In this document: positions 11,282 to 24,418 of the stretch, piece after piece | Layout: every line of letters starts with the position of its first letter | Position numbering within the stretch: position 1 is the stretch's first letter | Source of the DNA: Schmidtea polychroa | Lineage: Eukaryota | Direction of reading: 5' to 3' | Length of the DNA: 64,000 nt | Assembly: GCA_044892525.1 (NCBI GenBank) | Contig: CM097885.1 | Location: 26,662,001 to 26,726,000, forward strand | Notes under the pieces: model-generated | The model's input: the letters and a program-made list of their open reading frames with translations, nothing else | Told to the model about the DNA's origin: nothing | The model's database searches: none | Made by a program: the position numbers and the translations under genes

Positions 11282-11637
11282 TTATTTACTACGACACAAC
11301 ACTAGGACATTAAACATTAAATCTTGATTCTGATTGAGAAGTTCTTGTTTTAAACCTTGTCCCAAATATTCTTCAACTTCTTTTGTAGGTTTAATTCCAT
11401 AAGAATCAAAATATATAATTTTATTATAAACCCAAACCCAATGAGATCCTTTTTTATCTGAGTTTTGATAATTGATTATTTTATTATTTTTCTTTGTTTT
11501 TCCAATCTTGTGCAAAAATCATTCATTAATATTTTAATTGGTAAATTTAAATAATTTGCATAGTCTTTTAAATCAAAATTTGTTTTTGTATCAATTCCAA
11601 ATGTTTTTAAAAGATCCAATATTGAATACTCGGTCAT
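11282..11637 (-). pseudogene. Adenain-like cysteine protease (frameshifted, C-terminus lost)
   Basis: TNFDL..YA..L start, then INYQNSDKKGSHWV and YFDSYG motifs. Catalytic Cys region not recognisable. Confidence 0.8.
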
Positions 11638-11703
11638 TTTGTTTTTAAAATTTTTTCAAAATTTTAAAAACTTAAAGTGTATATTATTAAATATAATCAT
11701 TTA

Positions 11704-12140
11704 TTAACGAGTATATTTATTAAATTTATCTTGTGAAATTATTCAATGTTTTAATAATTTTTTAGACATGTTTAAAATATCACCATTCAAATTATTATGA
11801 CCTGCTTTCTTTGCTGCTAATAATTTTCTTAGTTGAATAAAAAGATTAATAAAATTTCTTTTATTAAACTTGTTTTAGTAATAAAAGTTCCTTTTCCTTC
11901 TTTAACAATATAGCCCATTTCATTTTGATTTATATAATTCTTTAAAGTCTGTATATGTTTTGTATTTGATTTATCTCCCACCATTTTTATGAAATCTAAA
12001 TATATTTTAATTTCATTTTTATCATCTAAAGAATATCCTTTAATTAATTGATCCAAATCTTTTGTGTATTCTATATTTATACGTTGGTCTTCAAAACTAT
12101 TTTTAGAACGAATATATGGTTCACCATTATTATCATACAA
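11704..12140 (-). pseudogene. Conserved Polinton small ORF, broken
   Basis: ORF 11829-12140 followed in another frame by LLAARKAGHNNLNGDILNM, resembling a Maverick ORF C-terminus. Confidence 0.45.
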
Positions 12141-12379
12141 TAGAACTTTTTGTTTATTAATTCTGATAAATTGAAATCCATTCTCAATAGAAAATGTTGG
12201 TTTAATTGTTTAAATTTTTATTAGGTTCTGTGCTGTCAATAATTTATGGTTTCATATCTCGATTAATTTCTTTACCCTCTTTTGATTTACAAATACAACC
12301 ATTTTTCAAAAACTTGCATATTTTTTTTAACTATCTTTATCTTTTGAGGATAAATCAGATGATGAAATTTGATTTTTGA

Positions 12380-12765
12380 GAAAATCATTCAAACCTCTAC
12401 CTTTGTAAGGATCAAGGTATAAACCCTGTCCTACGCGTGTTGTATCAACACTTGAAGGGCCTGCTCCTTTTTTTTGGAATTGAATCAATTTCCTGTTGTA
12501 ATTTTTGATTTTCTAATTCAGTTTTTTGAGCTTCTTTAGATTTTTGAACTGTAGTTGCAATCCCTCCAGCTATTCCAGCAGCACCAGATAAACCTGCAAT
12601 GATTGCTGGTATTAAAGCAGCCAAGGGTAAAATACCACCTTGTTTAATTTTCTCGCGCACTTGCTCCTTGACATTTTTTGTAACAAAATATTTCTTCCCA
12701 TCAATTACTACTGATTTACTTTTGTCTGAATTTATTAATTCTTTTAGAGATTCTTCAGTCGTCAT
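12380..12765 (-). pseudogene. Polinton structural/membrane-active protein (GG-ILPL amphipathic type), frameshifted
   Basis: KQGGILPLAALIPAIIAGLSGAAGIAGG, then GQGLYLDPYKGRGL in another frame. Confidence 0.65.
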
Positions 12766-12780
12766 TTTTAAATAAATAAA

Positions 12781-13536
12781 ATGGATATTTTAAATCAAAA
12801 TAAAATTTTGAATCAAAATAATATTTGGAAACCAATTATAATACGGCACAAAAGTAAATTTAATAATAAAATTTTTCCTGATAATTTTAGATTATTAATT
12901 GTTGGTTCTTCAGGTTGTGGAAAGAATGTACTTCTTTTGAGAATGCTACTCGAGGATTGTTTTCTAGATTATAATAATTTAATATTTTATTCTACAACTA
13001 TAAACCAACCAGAATTACAACTTTTGAAATGTGGATTTGAAAATAAATTAACTAAAAAAGGAATCATTGATATTTTTAAAAATTAACACAGATGTCCCAA
13101 TGAAGTTTTTCAACCATGTGATATGGTTGATAGGTACAAGGAAAATATTTTAGAATCAAACATTCCTAATAAAAATGATTATGTTAATAATAACGAAACA
13201 ATACAGGTTTTATTCTTCAACAAACCTGAAGATGTAGTACATTGTGATTTTCTTTCCAAAGATAAAAAGAATCTAGTTATATTTGATGATGTTGTAAATA
13301 TGAAAAATCAAGAAATTCAAAAAAGTTATTTTACTCGAGGACGTCATAATAATTGTAATGTGATTTACATCTCTCAAACTTATTATGCTTTGGATAAAAA
13401 TTCAATTAGAAACAACTCCAATTGTTTCATCTTTTTTAAATTAGATAAGCGTGACAAGAATATGATTTATAGTGATTTATTTTCAAATGTTGAACCTGAC
13501 AAGAACATGTTTTATATGATAGTTGCTAACCATTGA
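12781..13536 (+). pseudogene. A32/FtsK-like packaging ATPase with in-frame stop at 13084-13086
   Basis: Walker A GSSGCGK, Walker B LVIFDD, TRGRH...YISQ, IRNN. Both ORF pieces share one frame. Confidence 0.9.
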
Positions 13537-13655
13537 AAAAAAAATACAATTATATTTATTTGGATAGAGAAAGGGATGAGATGCAGAAAAGCTTGTTTTG
13601 ATATGATAAAGTTTCTTTATTATATTAAAACCTTGTTTTAAAAACTTTTGATTTT

Positions 13656-14750
13656 AAAATACTGTATGATGTATTTTATTTATAATAAAAATTTCATTTG
13701 TCCATTTCGCTGTGAATCCTTTTTAAAATTTATTTTTATATTTAAATATTCTTACTCGTTCACCAATTTTAAACTTTGGTTTTATAAGTGTTGTATCAAC
13801 GCTCATAAAAACTTTTTCTACACCATTTTCAATATTTATTTCTTTAACTCTTTCAGGGTTTGTAGAAGCATTTAAAGGTGTTTCTTTGATAGAACTGTGT
13901 ACATCATTATTATATTCATTTACCATCTTTTGTAACAATTCATTGTTCCATTTTTGTTTTCCAATAGCAGTAAAATATTTCCACATTTCATTTTTTAATG
14001 TTCTATTTAATCTTTCAACTACGACTGCTTTTCCTTCGTTTTCTGTTGAATATAATTTAATATCATTTTCTTGCAAAAAACTTGCAAAAACTTTGTTATA
14101 AAATTCTGTTCCTTTATCACACCATAAATATTTTAGAATTCTTTGATGTTCTTCAAATATATTTTCAAATGAATCTGTAATAGAATATCCTGTTTTATTT
14201 TCTAAACATCTTGCAAAAGCAAATCTTGTATATAAATCTATTACAGTTAAAATTATTTTATATTTTTCGGGGTCTGATAATTTGGTTGGCATAAGGACTA
14301 AATCAGCAGACCAAGTATGATCTTTTTCATAAACTTGAACTTTTAGATATTTTTTATTTTTTCTAAATTCATGGTGTAATTCATTAGCATATTTTATTTG
14401 TGATTCTGCTGGGATTAATAAACTTTTAAAAGAATTAGTCTTGGATACATGCTTTTCAATGTCTGCTTGTTCAATAATCTTTTTATTAGCAACATCTTTT
14501 GCCATCCTTGGTACTCCTGCACCTATGAAAATTTTACCCTTCATTGCTAAGTTAACTAGAGCTCTTTGAATCTTTTCTTGGGTTGATGGATTTTGTATAC
14601 TATTTAAATCATGTATTAAATTAACATCAGCAACATGTCTATCTCTAAGATTTTTTGAATTGTAAGCAATGTCATGTTTCAAAGCAGCTTGGTCAATTCT
14701 ATTTATTGGTTCCTCTCCTTGTTTGGGATTATTATTTTTTTTATCAAGTC
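13656..14750 (-). pseudogene. Parvovirus-type PLA2 domain fused in frame to Polinton retroviral-like integrase
   Basis: PINRIDQAALKHDIAY...RHVAD, then WSADLV, VIDLYTR, CDKGTEF, VERLNRTLK. Stop at 13723 interrupts KF*KGFTAKWTNEIF. Confidence 0.85.
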
Positions 14751-15147
14751 TAATATCTGTTTCTCAAAAGCAAATCTACTTGAAGGATCGAAATCTAACC
14801 ATGGAATATTATTTGAAGATGAACTTTTATTACCAGAACTTGTTTTGGTAATAAAAGAAACTATTTCACCTTCAAAATTATTTGATGGAATATTATTATT
14901 ATTACTTAATTGAGTTAAATTCTCTCTCTCTCTAAAGCAAGTTTAGATCATGAGAGGTGTTTTTTAGTTTTAAGATGACTCGCTTTATGGTGTGTTGTAA
15001 CATCACAACAACAAGTTTCACATCTCCAATAACTTTTAGTAGTCATTTTTAAAAAGTTAAAATTTAATTATAATAATTTTCTTTTACTAAAACTTGTTTT
15101 CTTAATAAAATTTGTTTATTTCTCCAAACAAGTTTGGAGAATTAAAC

Positions 15148-16434
15148 TTAATCTCTAATATTCTCAATTATTGAAATCTTTCCACCATATAACTTCATTT
15201 CTATTTTCTTTTCTTCAAGAAATTATGTATATATTTTTGCTTTAAAATTAGAATCCTTTGTTTTATGAAGAGTAACATCAACATTATTTATAGCTAATCT
15301 ATCATCTTGATCTGAAACATTTATACAGAATATAGAATACAAATTTTTGAAATCGTCTAAACTTAATTGTGGTTTTATTTTGAAGTCTTGGCATGTTTGA
15401 ATATAATTTTCATATGGGAATATATTTTCATTGTTTTCTATATTAAACTCCATTCTATTTACTGGATAATAACTATTATTCAATTGAATTTGAATTGATT
15501 TTAAATTATCATCTCCAATCTTTTGAATAAACAAGTTGTTATTTTTTTGAAAGGATAGATCTATTTCTTTGAATCCAATTAAAATATATCTTGGTCGATA
15601 TGCTAAATTTGCAATCTTTATAGAATATGTTGAACCTTCTCTCATGTCAAATACACTACAAATTCTATTTAAATAATTAACATTTATGGACTTGTTGGAA
15701 TCTAATCTTTCCAAGAGTTTAATTTCAGCATGTGGATTTAATGCCCATTCGGGTATATGTAATTCAATTGTTGTAAATTTTAATTTAGCTTTTGTATCTG
15801 CAGCTCCATAAAATAATACTTTATCATCTAGTATTCTATTACAAAGTAATTCTATAAAAACATTATGAAGTATACGATTATAGTTTTGAAGGAATCCAAA
15901 TAAATGTTTTAATTCGAAATAACCTTCAAACTTTTTAGATTTGTAAAGTTTTACACGTTTATGATAACCATAATTTATATCTAAACCATCTTTATCTGTA
16001 TCACCTTTATTTACATCAGGGATCCAACCGGTTAATTCACCATAGTCATTTTTGTAATCACAACCAGTCAAAACAAAATTTAACATTGAAGAATATGCAC
16101 CTGGATTCAAAATATTTTCAACTTCTGAGGGTCCTAATTTTAATCTCATGTTGGAGAAGAAATTTGGGAAAAAATTATTTTCTAGGATTATATCTTTGTT
16201 TGCTTCAATCTCTAATTCAATTTTGTAATATAATTTTGCATTACAAATATCTATAGGGTTTGATGTTTGAAGAGATTGAAAAACTATGTCACCTGAACGA
16301 TTTAAATTTGAAATGGAACCAGAGGTTGGAAAAATTTTAAGTACATAATTTTTCTTGATTTCATGAATAAACTGTTTATCATAATTACGATTTAATTTAT
16401 TTTTTTCTGAAATCTCGAGATTTATATTGTTCAT
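15148..16434 (-). CDS. Polinton double jelly-roll major capsid protein, with a premature stop near the C-terminus at 15223
   Basis: 403 aa with LKHLFGF, PRYILIGF, IQLNNSYYP and YSIFCINVS motifs in Polinton context. Frame continues 24 codons past the stop. Confidence 0.8.
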
Positions 16435-16544
16435 TTTTATAATAAAAATTTCAATTTTTCAATTTTTGTATTTTATTATTTTTATATACCCTCTAATTTT
16501 TAGAATTTTATAAATATAAAATTTTAAAAAATGACAAAAGTCTG

Positions 16545-16700
16545 AATCCTGATAGCGCAGTGGGAAAAGACTCAATCAGTAGTAAGAATAGGCAGCGGTT
16601 CAAATTCCAAGTCAAACTATTTTTTTATAAATATTATCAGTGGGAATAGACTGGCACAGTGGTTCAAATAAATTGTGGTTCAAATCCCAACTGAAATTAG
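16545..16700 (+). promoter_or_regulatory. tRNA-like Pol III A/B-box unit with a partial tandem copy
   Basis: A-box TAGCGCAGTGG (16553), B-box GGTTCAAATTCC (16597), downstream T run. Second copy GGTTCAAATCCC at 16677. Confidence 0.45.
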
Positions 16701-18147
16701 TTTTTTTCAACATAAAACAATATTAAAAATTTGAAAATATAAAATGATGATTTGATGATAATTGGCTCCCTTTGCTACTCCTTCATAATAGTCCTAAACT
16801 TTGTTTGTCTCCATTAATCATGTTGTCATGATAATGGCCTTCCCAGATTCTCATTTTGTTTACTTTTCATGTTAATCGAGCTCGGGTTTCCTTCATCTCT
16901 CGGGTTCTCCATTGACTCGTGTTTTTTATTAGCTCGGGTTTTCTATTAGCCAATTAATTAATTAATTAACGATTTTCTGTTTTAACATATTCGAATGCTT
17001 TTCGAACCTTTCTAACCATTTTCTGATAAATCCCTAATCATAATCTTATTGACCATTAGCTAATCTATACCTGTCCCGTTTTCTCAATTCAATTTCGATA
17101 ACTTTACAATTTATTGATTTTTTCGGATTTCCACATTCTTGCCTTTCGCAACTGCTTTTGCCATTTCCTAATACTGCTTCCATCATTGCTCCATCACTGT
17201 CCTGGAGATAACATGTCCTGAAGGTGGCATATCACACTACTGATAAATCATTAATCATATTTGAAACATTTTTGAAAGCAGTCGTTTTTTAAATATTTAA
17301 ACGAAAAAGTTTTTTAAGGTAATGTATTCTTTATTTAAATTCCGAAACACAATAAAAATAACAAATAAAGTTTATTTAATTTTTTTTTATTTAATTATTT
17401 AATGGAAACTGTGGGTCATGCTGGTATTATTTTCGGAATGATTACGAAGGATCATGAAACAATCGTTTCTGAAAAATTTTTTAAAGATAAGGAATATATT
17501 TTGGCTGGAATTTTGTCAGATGAGATGAGAATAATTGCCCAACGTTATTTGCTAACTTTGCAAGAGTCAATTCCAGTTGTTCAATTAGCTACACAGATCT
17601 GTCAGTTAATCCATGCTCATACTATGTAGGGTGGTCTTGAAATAATTTATACAAGCATGATGAAATGGACGTGGATATTCAAAAGGATTTATATACGATG
17701 ACAATGAGGAATTAACAGATATAGTTTATTTGGTCACACAAAAACAACAAAAGTATAAAATACAAATATAGAACATTCTTATCTAAGTAATTATCAGCAA
17801 CCAAAAATGTGCATAGCTTTCAAAAAACTAAAATTGCCCTTACAATGTAGATGATCACAGTTTGGGTGGGATAGAATGAAAGTCTGGCATATGGTAATTA
17901 TATGATAGTCAATAAAGGTAAATTCACAGAATAATCACCAAACTGCTGATAAAACTCCTTATTAAACTGTTCATCAAATCAATGATATGTTTCTAATTGT
18001 CGACTGAATAAATGTATACTCATATATTTGTTTTGTTGTTATTATTTATTGTCATATTCGTAATATACCATATGTCAGAATTGTGGTATATAAACTGACT
18101 AGCCTTTATGATTATTAAAAAATATATAAAACATGTTAAATAATAGA

Positions 18148-18279
<132 letters not shown>

Positions 18280-19303
18280 CAATAAAACAATTAAATTTTT
18301 TATAATCTTTTATTATTAAAATTGATTGATAAAAAATAATTTAAATAAACAAAAATAATTATAAAATAAAAGTTAATATTAATAAAAATAAAATTGATAA
18401 AGTTAAAATAAATAATAAAATAAAATAATTAAAATACAATAAATAATTAAATCGAAGTAAAAGATAATTAATCATAATTTACAATCCAAGTAGAATTTGT
18501 TTAGTCACTTATACGAAATGAAATATTCAATAGTTATTGTTATTAAGTATATAGTAAGGAGGGAAGTATCAGAAAGTACACCAGATAAGATACTTTTCTC
18601 AACTTACAATCATTAGAAAAATAAACGAAAAATTAAAAGAATTCAAAATGATCTATCGAGATTGAAAGAAGGTTGTTTATATCTATGAAAAAGTTTTTAA
18701 TTTAAAAGTGGTCATGTAAAATATTAATAAAGTAAATTCCAATTTTTAGCTGTAAACTATTTTTATAATAAATATTTTAAACACTAAATTTATTTTATTT
18801 ATTTAAGAATTAACATGTGAGTATATTAGAATTTCAGTAGATTTTTTATTGATTTAATCTTAGTATTGAAATAGGACAATAAAATAAAAGGTGTTTAAAA
18901 TTGAATTAAATAATAAATAAATAATAAAATATTTTATTAATTAAAATTATTTATTTATTTCGCCTAATAAAATTATTTTAATTTTAATTAAAATGTTCTA
19001 ATTAGAAATTTATTTATTTATTAAAAAGCTTGAAGACTATGAATCAGTAAATATATCGATGTATTCAAGCTTTTTAATAAATATCATGGAAAAGAAATCA
19101 GTGGTGAAATTTGAAAAAAAGACTTATAATATTATTTATTTATTTATTTGTATATTTCTTTTTCTTATTATTTTTCCTATTTTAAATCATATTTAATAAA
19201 ATTTTAATAATTTTAACCTCTCCAAAATAGTCAGTCATTTATTATACGGCAAATGTTAATTAACAATGTGAATCTGACAATAAATAACTACAGCAATAAG
19301 GCG

Positions 19304-19845
19304 TGTTTGCCTAGGACTTATTTCTAGGCCCAAAAACTAGATTCGTAGCTGAAATGTGTCGGTATATAGCATGCAACTCAGCCTTAAGTTTAGTTAAAAT
19401 CAAAACATATAAAACATCAATTAAACAATAATAATAAAGAGAACCACACACAAAAATTAAAACATCTAAATAAAAATAAAATAAAACATGGCAAGAATTA
19501 TTACACGTGTTGTACTCAAATATAACCGAAAAACATAAAACAACCGTAAACAAATCCGAATAACGGCGATTTGAAAAGGTTAAAGAGAAGAATTAAATAT
19601 AAACGTCATAAAAACTTACTAAGAGAAAATTACAGCAAATTTCAATTTTAAAACCCAGAACAATTCATAAAAATGGTGAAATCCATCACGGCTTCCAAAA
19701 TACCTAATAAAAGTTACAAAAATTAAATATTTTAGTTAAAAAAATAAAAGTTTTTAAGAAAAATTTGCAGAAAACAATTTAAAAATTAAGAATTAGTTTA
19801 AATTAGCATAGAATGTTCTGGAAATGCCCAAATCCATCAAGCATG
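19304..19845 (+). repeat. Diverged, truncated copy of the 5' end of the 3888-8221 LTR-like unit
   Basis: Collinear motifs: CTAG.ACT.ATTTCTAG.CCCAAAA, AAAACCCAGAACA...TAAAAATGG, TAGAATGTTCTGGAA...CCAAATCCATCA. Confidence 0.7.
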
Positions 19846-20599
19846 TAAACTTTCATTAAATGACTACTCTTTCCACGAATAATTTACATATCTAACCCGA
19901 CATTAAACATCTTATGAAATTACATGATATTATGAGCTTAAGCGGGGAAGAACACAAGACTCAAAATTATTACACTACACATAATGAAATGATTCATACT
20001 TAACAATTACTGATTACTCCAAATGTTTATATGCTATTATTAACTTATCATTTATTTACCCAATTAATTTTATAAAGTATTAGAATCAACACTAGAATCA
20101 ACATTCGTAATGAATACCGAAAATTGATAATTACTCAAATTGCTTATTTGCTATTATTTATTTGATATATAAATTGTACATAAATTTATAAAAATTATAA
20201 ATTATGTTTTATGAGCTTAATATAATTTACAATAGTAGTCAGGAAAAATTACAAATAAGGTTTTTGAGCCTGTTTCAGATCTCTCTTTTTATGCTGTTTC
20301 TGAGAGGGCAATTATCTTCAGAATTGCAATCAATTATCTCCCGGGAATCCTAGGTAAACATTTGAGGGTTTCCAAATTATTTTAATTTGCTTATCCTAGA
20401 TTGGCGCTCGGAATATTCCCTCTCTTATCTGATCGATCGGGTTTCCCATTACAGATTAATTAATTTGTTCTTTTGCATTGACTTTCTCTGTCAACCCATT
20501 ATTAAATTTTCATTATAATTTCTGGTCTCGTCTATCAATTTGACGTTCAATATTGATTTTTAGTATGTTTTAATTAATTTTACCAATATTTGTTATGCC

Positions 20600-20604
<5 letters not shown>

Positions 20605-20651
<47 letters not shown>
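20605..20651. repeat. (TA)n microsatellite
   Basis: Direct read. Confidence 0.95.
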
Positions 20652-20653
<2 letters not shown>

Positions 20654-20982
20654 TTTTGCACTAACCCCAACAGAAGGATAAAGCAATGAGGATGATAAAA
20701 TGGTTTATAAATTATTTTTTATTAAACAACAATTGCTTTCTTTTGTTTAAATGGAATAACTTTTCAAATAGTTTCTGTTGTAATTTTCAATTCTTAACAT
20801 AAAAAATAATTCAAGTAAAACGCAAATTAAATAGAAAGTTTTATTAATAAATATAAATAACGCCAAATCTAACAATAATACCAATAAAAGATCTACATGA
20901 TTCTTACGTTAATTATTAAATGAGATTTCCTTGCTAATAAAATGCTAATAATAAATTCACCAAAAGAAAATAAACAAAGTAT

Positions 20983-21882
20983 CTAAAAGTGTTCCGAAGC
21001 GCTGTAATCGGCAACTCCGAGAGCGACAACACAAGTCTCTTTTACTACCTGCTCCTTGTCATTGAGATATTTGTGCAAGATTTCCTTGCATTTAGCATCC
21101 CCGATTGCTCCTAGAGCTTCTCCGCTTTCATGTCGGACCATTCCGAGCTCGTGCAAATTTCCTATTGCTTCTTCCAATACATGAATTAATTCTTTATTTG
21201 CGATTTGCCCTATCACAAACGCCACTTGATGACGAAATAACGCACTGCTCGGGCATTTTAATGCCTTTCCTATAGCAGTCAAAGCTGCTCCTGCATCACT
21301 TCCTTTTGAATGAGCTACTCTTCTCAAGGTAAACAAAGCTCGATATTTATCAAAGATATCTGCTTTCGGATTTAGCAAAATTTCATTTAAATCATGCACT
21401 GATTTCTCATTGATTTCATATTCAGGAGCTGGATCAATTGAATGGAATTCATTTGGAGGAACATTGGATTTATGAGATTGAAAAAATTCAATTCTTTTAT
21501 AACCCAAATAACACGTTTCAGCGAGTTCTTTATTCGAGTCTTTACTGTGCTTCTTTAAAATATCCAAAGCATCTGTATGACCAATTGCAGCTAACCCTTC
21601 GCCAGCTTCATGACGAACAATTGGTGCCTCTTTTTCATTGTCAAGAATATCTTTCAATACTTTAATTGCATGCTCATTTGCCATTTGACCAAGAGCATAA
21701 GCTAAATCATGTTTCAATAAATCGGATTTGCTTGAAAAACATTTTGTAATCAAATCGATGGCAAGATCACTTTTTGAATGTCTTAAACCTTTTAAAGCCT
21801 TGTATCGTTCTACTAATGGCTTACTACCATCATTTAAGACATCTCCCCAGGCTTTTAAATCGTGTTCCGTAACAGCTGCCAT
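20983..21882 (-). CDS. DOHH: Deoxyhypusine hydroxylase-like HEAT-repeat di-iron protein (intronless CDS, 299 aa)
   Basis: Two-fold HEAT dyad with LLKHDLAYALGQ, IVRHEAGE, SIDPAP linker, YRALFTLR, LFRHQVAFVIGQ, MVRHESGEALGAI and ETC motifs. Confidence 0.9.
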   Translation of the reverse strand: MAAVTEHDLKAWGDVLNDGSKPLVERYKALKGLRHSKSDLAIDLITKCFSSKSDLLKHDLAYALGQMANEHAIKVLKDILDNEKEAPIVRHEAGEGLAAIGHTDALDILKKHSKDSNKELAETCYLGYKRIEFFQSHKSNVPPNEFHSIDPAPEYEINEKSVHDLNEILLNPKADIFDKYRALFTLRRVAHSKGSDAGAALTAIGKALKCPSSALFRHQVAFVIGQIANKELIHVLEEAIGNLHELGMVRHESGEALGAIGDAKCKEILHKYLNDKEQVVKETCVVALGVADYSASEHF

Positions 21883-22775
21883 GTCTAAATCGATTCAATA
21901 ATGTTATTAATAACGTCACGTAATATAAGTTTCAGAAAGGATTTTTAAAAGTTTAAAAGTGTATATCTAATATAATTGCACAATTAAAACACATAAATAT
22001 AGGCAATTTATTTAATTTAAATTTTATGATAAATGAAATGATATTATTTAAATATAAAGCATTTCATTAATTATGATATCTATATATGATTGAAATTATT
22101 TTAATTTTTAATATATAGAATTTTTTAATTAGAAAATTCCACTGAAAGCATAAAAGATCAGTTTAATGCAGTGTTTTCTAAAATGCCATTTTTTCTTTGG
22201 CGGAACTCCAGCAATTAGAAAGCTCAAAATTTACAGATTGGGAATAAATTTATTTTAATAATATTATTGAGAGGAATGGCACTGATTTTCACAGCAAATA
22301 TTTTCAATTCGAGGCTAAATTGACGACAAGCAAACTGTTGGGCACCTGGAGCTGGATAGTTGATGAATGAGATGATTAGGGGTGGAATTTTGACTAGTGA
22401 TTTCCCCAGATACCCAAAATGATGGTAAAGGATATTCCCTCCGATGCACCCATGACACTGAGCCTAACCCCCAGTATTCGCGGTACGGGTTCCTGACTGC
22501 CGTAGAAGGACTTACGTTTATCCCAAACCCTCGGGTCCAAGTGAGGTTTTCTCGTTCCCGATTACTCAAGCGTCTCAGAGTCTCAACAATAAGGTAGTCA
22601 ACAACTCATCGTTCTCAAGACATTTATTCATCGAGCATGCGTAGAAATTACAAAAAACATCAAACGACTACTTTATACACAGATATAATTTTATTGTACT
22701 CAATGATTCTAATCTACAATTATCATGAAATGTCGAATGTACAGATCCATAGAGCTAGCTGACGATTCCCGTCAA

Positions 22776-23509
22776 TTACCAATCTCCTTCCAACAGCATC
22801 GCTACGATGTCTGTTTCCAATGCCGGGTCGGAAGCTATCTGAGAAGTTGTGGCTGGCACGATTCTTACTGCAGAATTTGCGTTTTTCGAAACGACCGGCT
22901 GAACCGATGTTGCCGCGAATAGAGTGGCTTTCAATGCCGCGAGCTCTTCGTTTCGTTTTATAGTTTTTTCGGCGCGGATCAGCCGCTTCTTCTTCTTTGC
23001 CTTAGGAGGATCGGCTTGGATGTCCCCTCGAGGAACGCAAGTAGTTCCTGGAGCCACATTAGAAGTCGTGGACTTGTAAATTTCTGACATTAAGATGTCT
23101 GGCAGATCAGGTGAGGTTGCAGTAGGTCCATGAGAGTGACAAGGTGAAGAGTGGGATGGGCCCACGTGATCTGTTCGATGATAGAGGGGAAAGATGTTTC
23201 CCTTGTCCATACCAGGGTACTCGGCTGCTCTGGACTTAAGCTCGGCGTCGGAATATATGCGGTGTAGGACCGCTGACTGAGCTTTAATCTTCGGCTTTCC
23301 TCGAGCAAACTGTCACGGCAGTGCTCGAGCCTAAGGATTTTCGTCTGTGCTTCTTTCATGGCGGCTGGATTGAGACAGGTGCCTTTCAATGTGTCGATTT
23401 TTCTCTTCAACGTTCCGATATAATTGGTTAATTTTCGCAATAACACGTTTTTATCCGCGCACAAGAAGCACGATCTCGGGCCGGTTGCTGGCAGATTGGG
23501 TTCAGACAT
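22776..23509 (-). CDS. Coiled-coil/basic protein inside the LTR-like unit, split over two overlapping frames
   Basis: CFLC, RKIDTLKGTCLNPAAMKE, then PPKAKKKKRLIR. A GT...TTTTATAG 45-nt intron-like stretch ends 3 nt before the ATG. Confidence 0.5.
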
Positions 23510-24171
23510 TGTCTATAAAACTAAAGAAAATTCTTCAGAAAAGCAGTTACATCATACTGGTAAAATAACTGTCATTCGGCATTCATTCGACCCCCCGAGC
23601 TATATCTATCTCTTGGTCAGTTCTATGCGGAAGGGATCATTAAATTTGGAGGGGCGGTGGAGTATGGGGAGCAGGGTTTCGATCGAACGATGCTGGATGT
23701 TACTAACTCTTTTTGGGTCGCGCAAAATTTACCGTCAAACGCATTAGGTAGACCCCGATCTTATTAATCTTCAAATTGTCGGTTCGGATGGTAGCTGTAA
23801 GGAATCAAGTATAGTAATGGCCGGAAAAATAGCTACAACCCGAATAGTCACTGATGACTATAAAAGAAATGACAATTTTAACAGGGTTACTTATCTCCCT
23901 CATAACAGCAGGAATATATATCATGATGCTAACACACAACATAATAATCGTCCCAATAACCTCAATTTCAATGATTATAATGATAATAATTCGGGTGGTA
24001 AAGATTTTCCTATTCAGGGAATTAATAGTAGTGCTATTAACCAATCTTTATCCTGACGTCAACCCTGATAATCTCAACGCTAATGATTTTAATACTAAAA
24101 CCCTAACAATAATAATACGGACAGCCTCCCTTATGATAATATAAATCCTAGAATTAAAAGTCGTCGTGCTC

Positions 24172-24418
<247 letters not shown>

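Larger units (their letters stand above)
11282..16434. mobile_element. Decayed Polinton/Maverick (adintovirus-like) module: protease, small ORFs, ATPase, PLA2-integrase, major capsid
   Basis: Clustered hallmark genes listed separately. Termini, pPolB and minor capsid not identified here. Confidence 0.9.

Noticed and set aside
13084..13086. Programmed stop readthrough or alternative genetic code in Polinton genes
   Set aside because: Stops co-occur with frameshifts across the element, and host genes use standard stops; decay is simpler.
16545..16620. Functional tRNA gene
   Set aside because: A/B boxes are present but no convincing acceptor or anticodon stems.
17402..17629. 75-aa ORF
   Set aside because: No recognisable motif or context; cannot be supported without a search.
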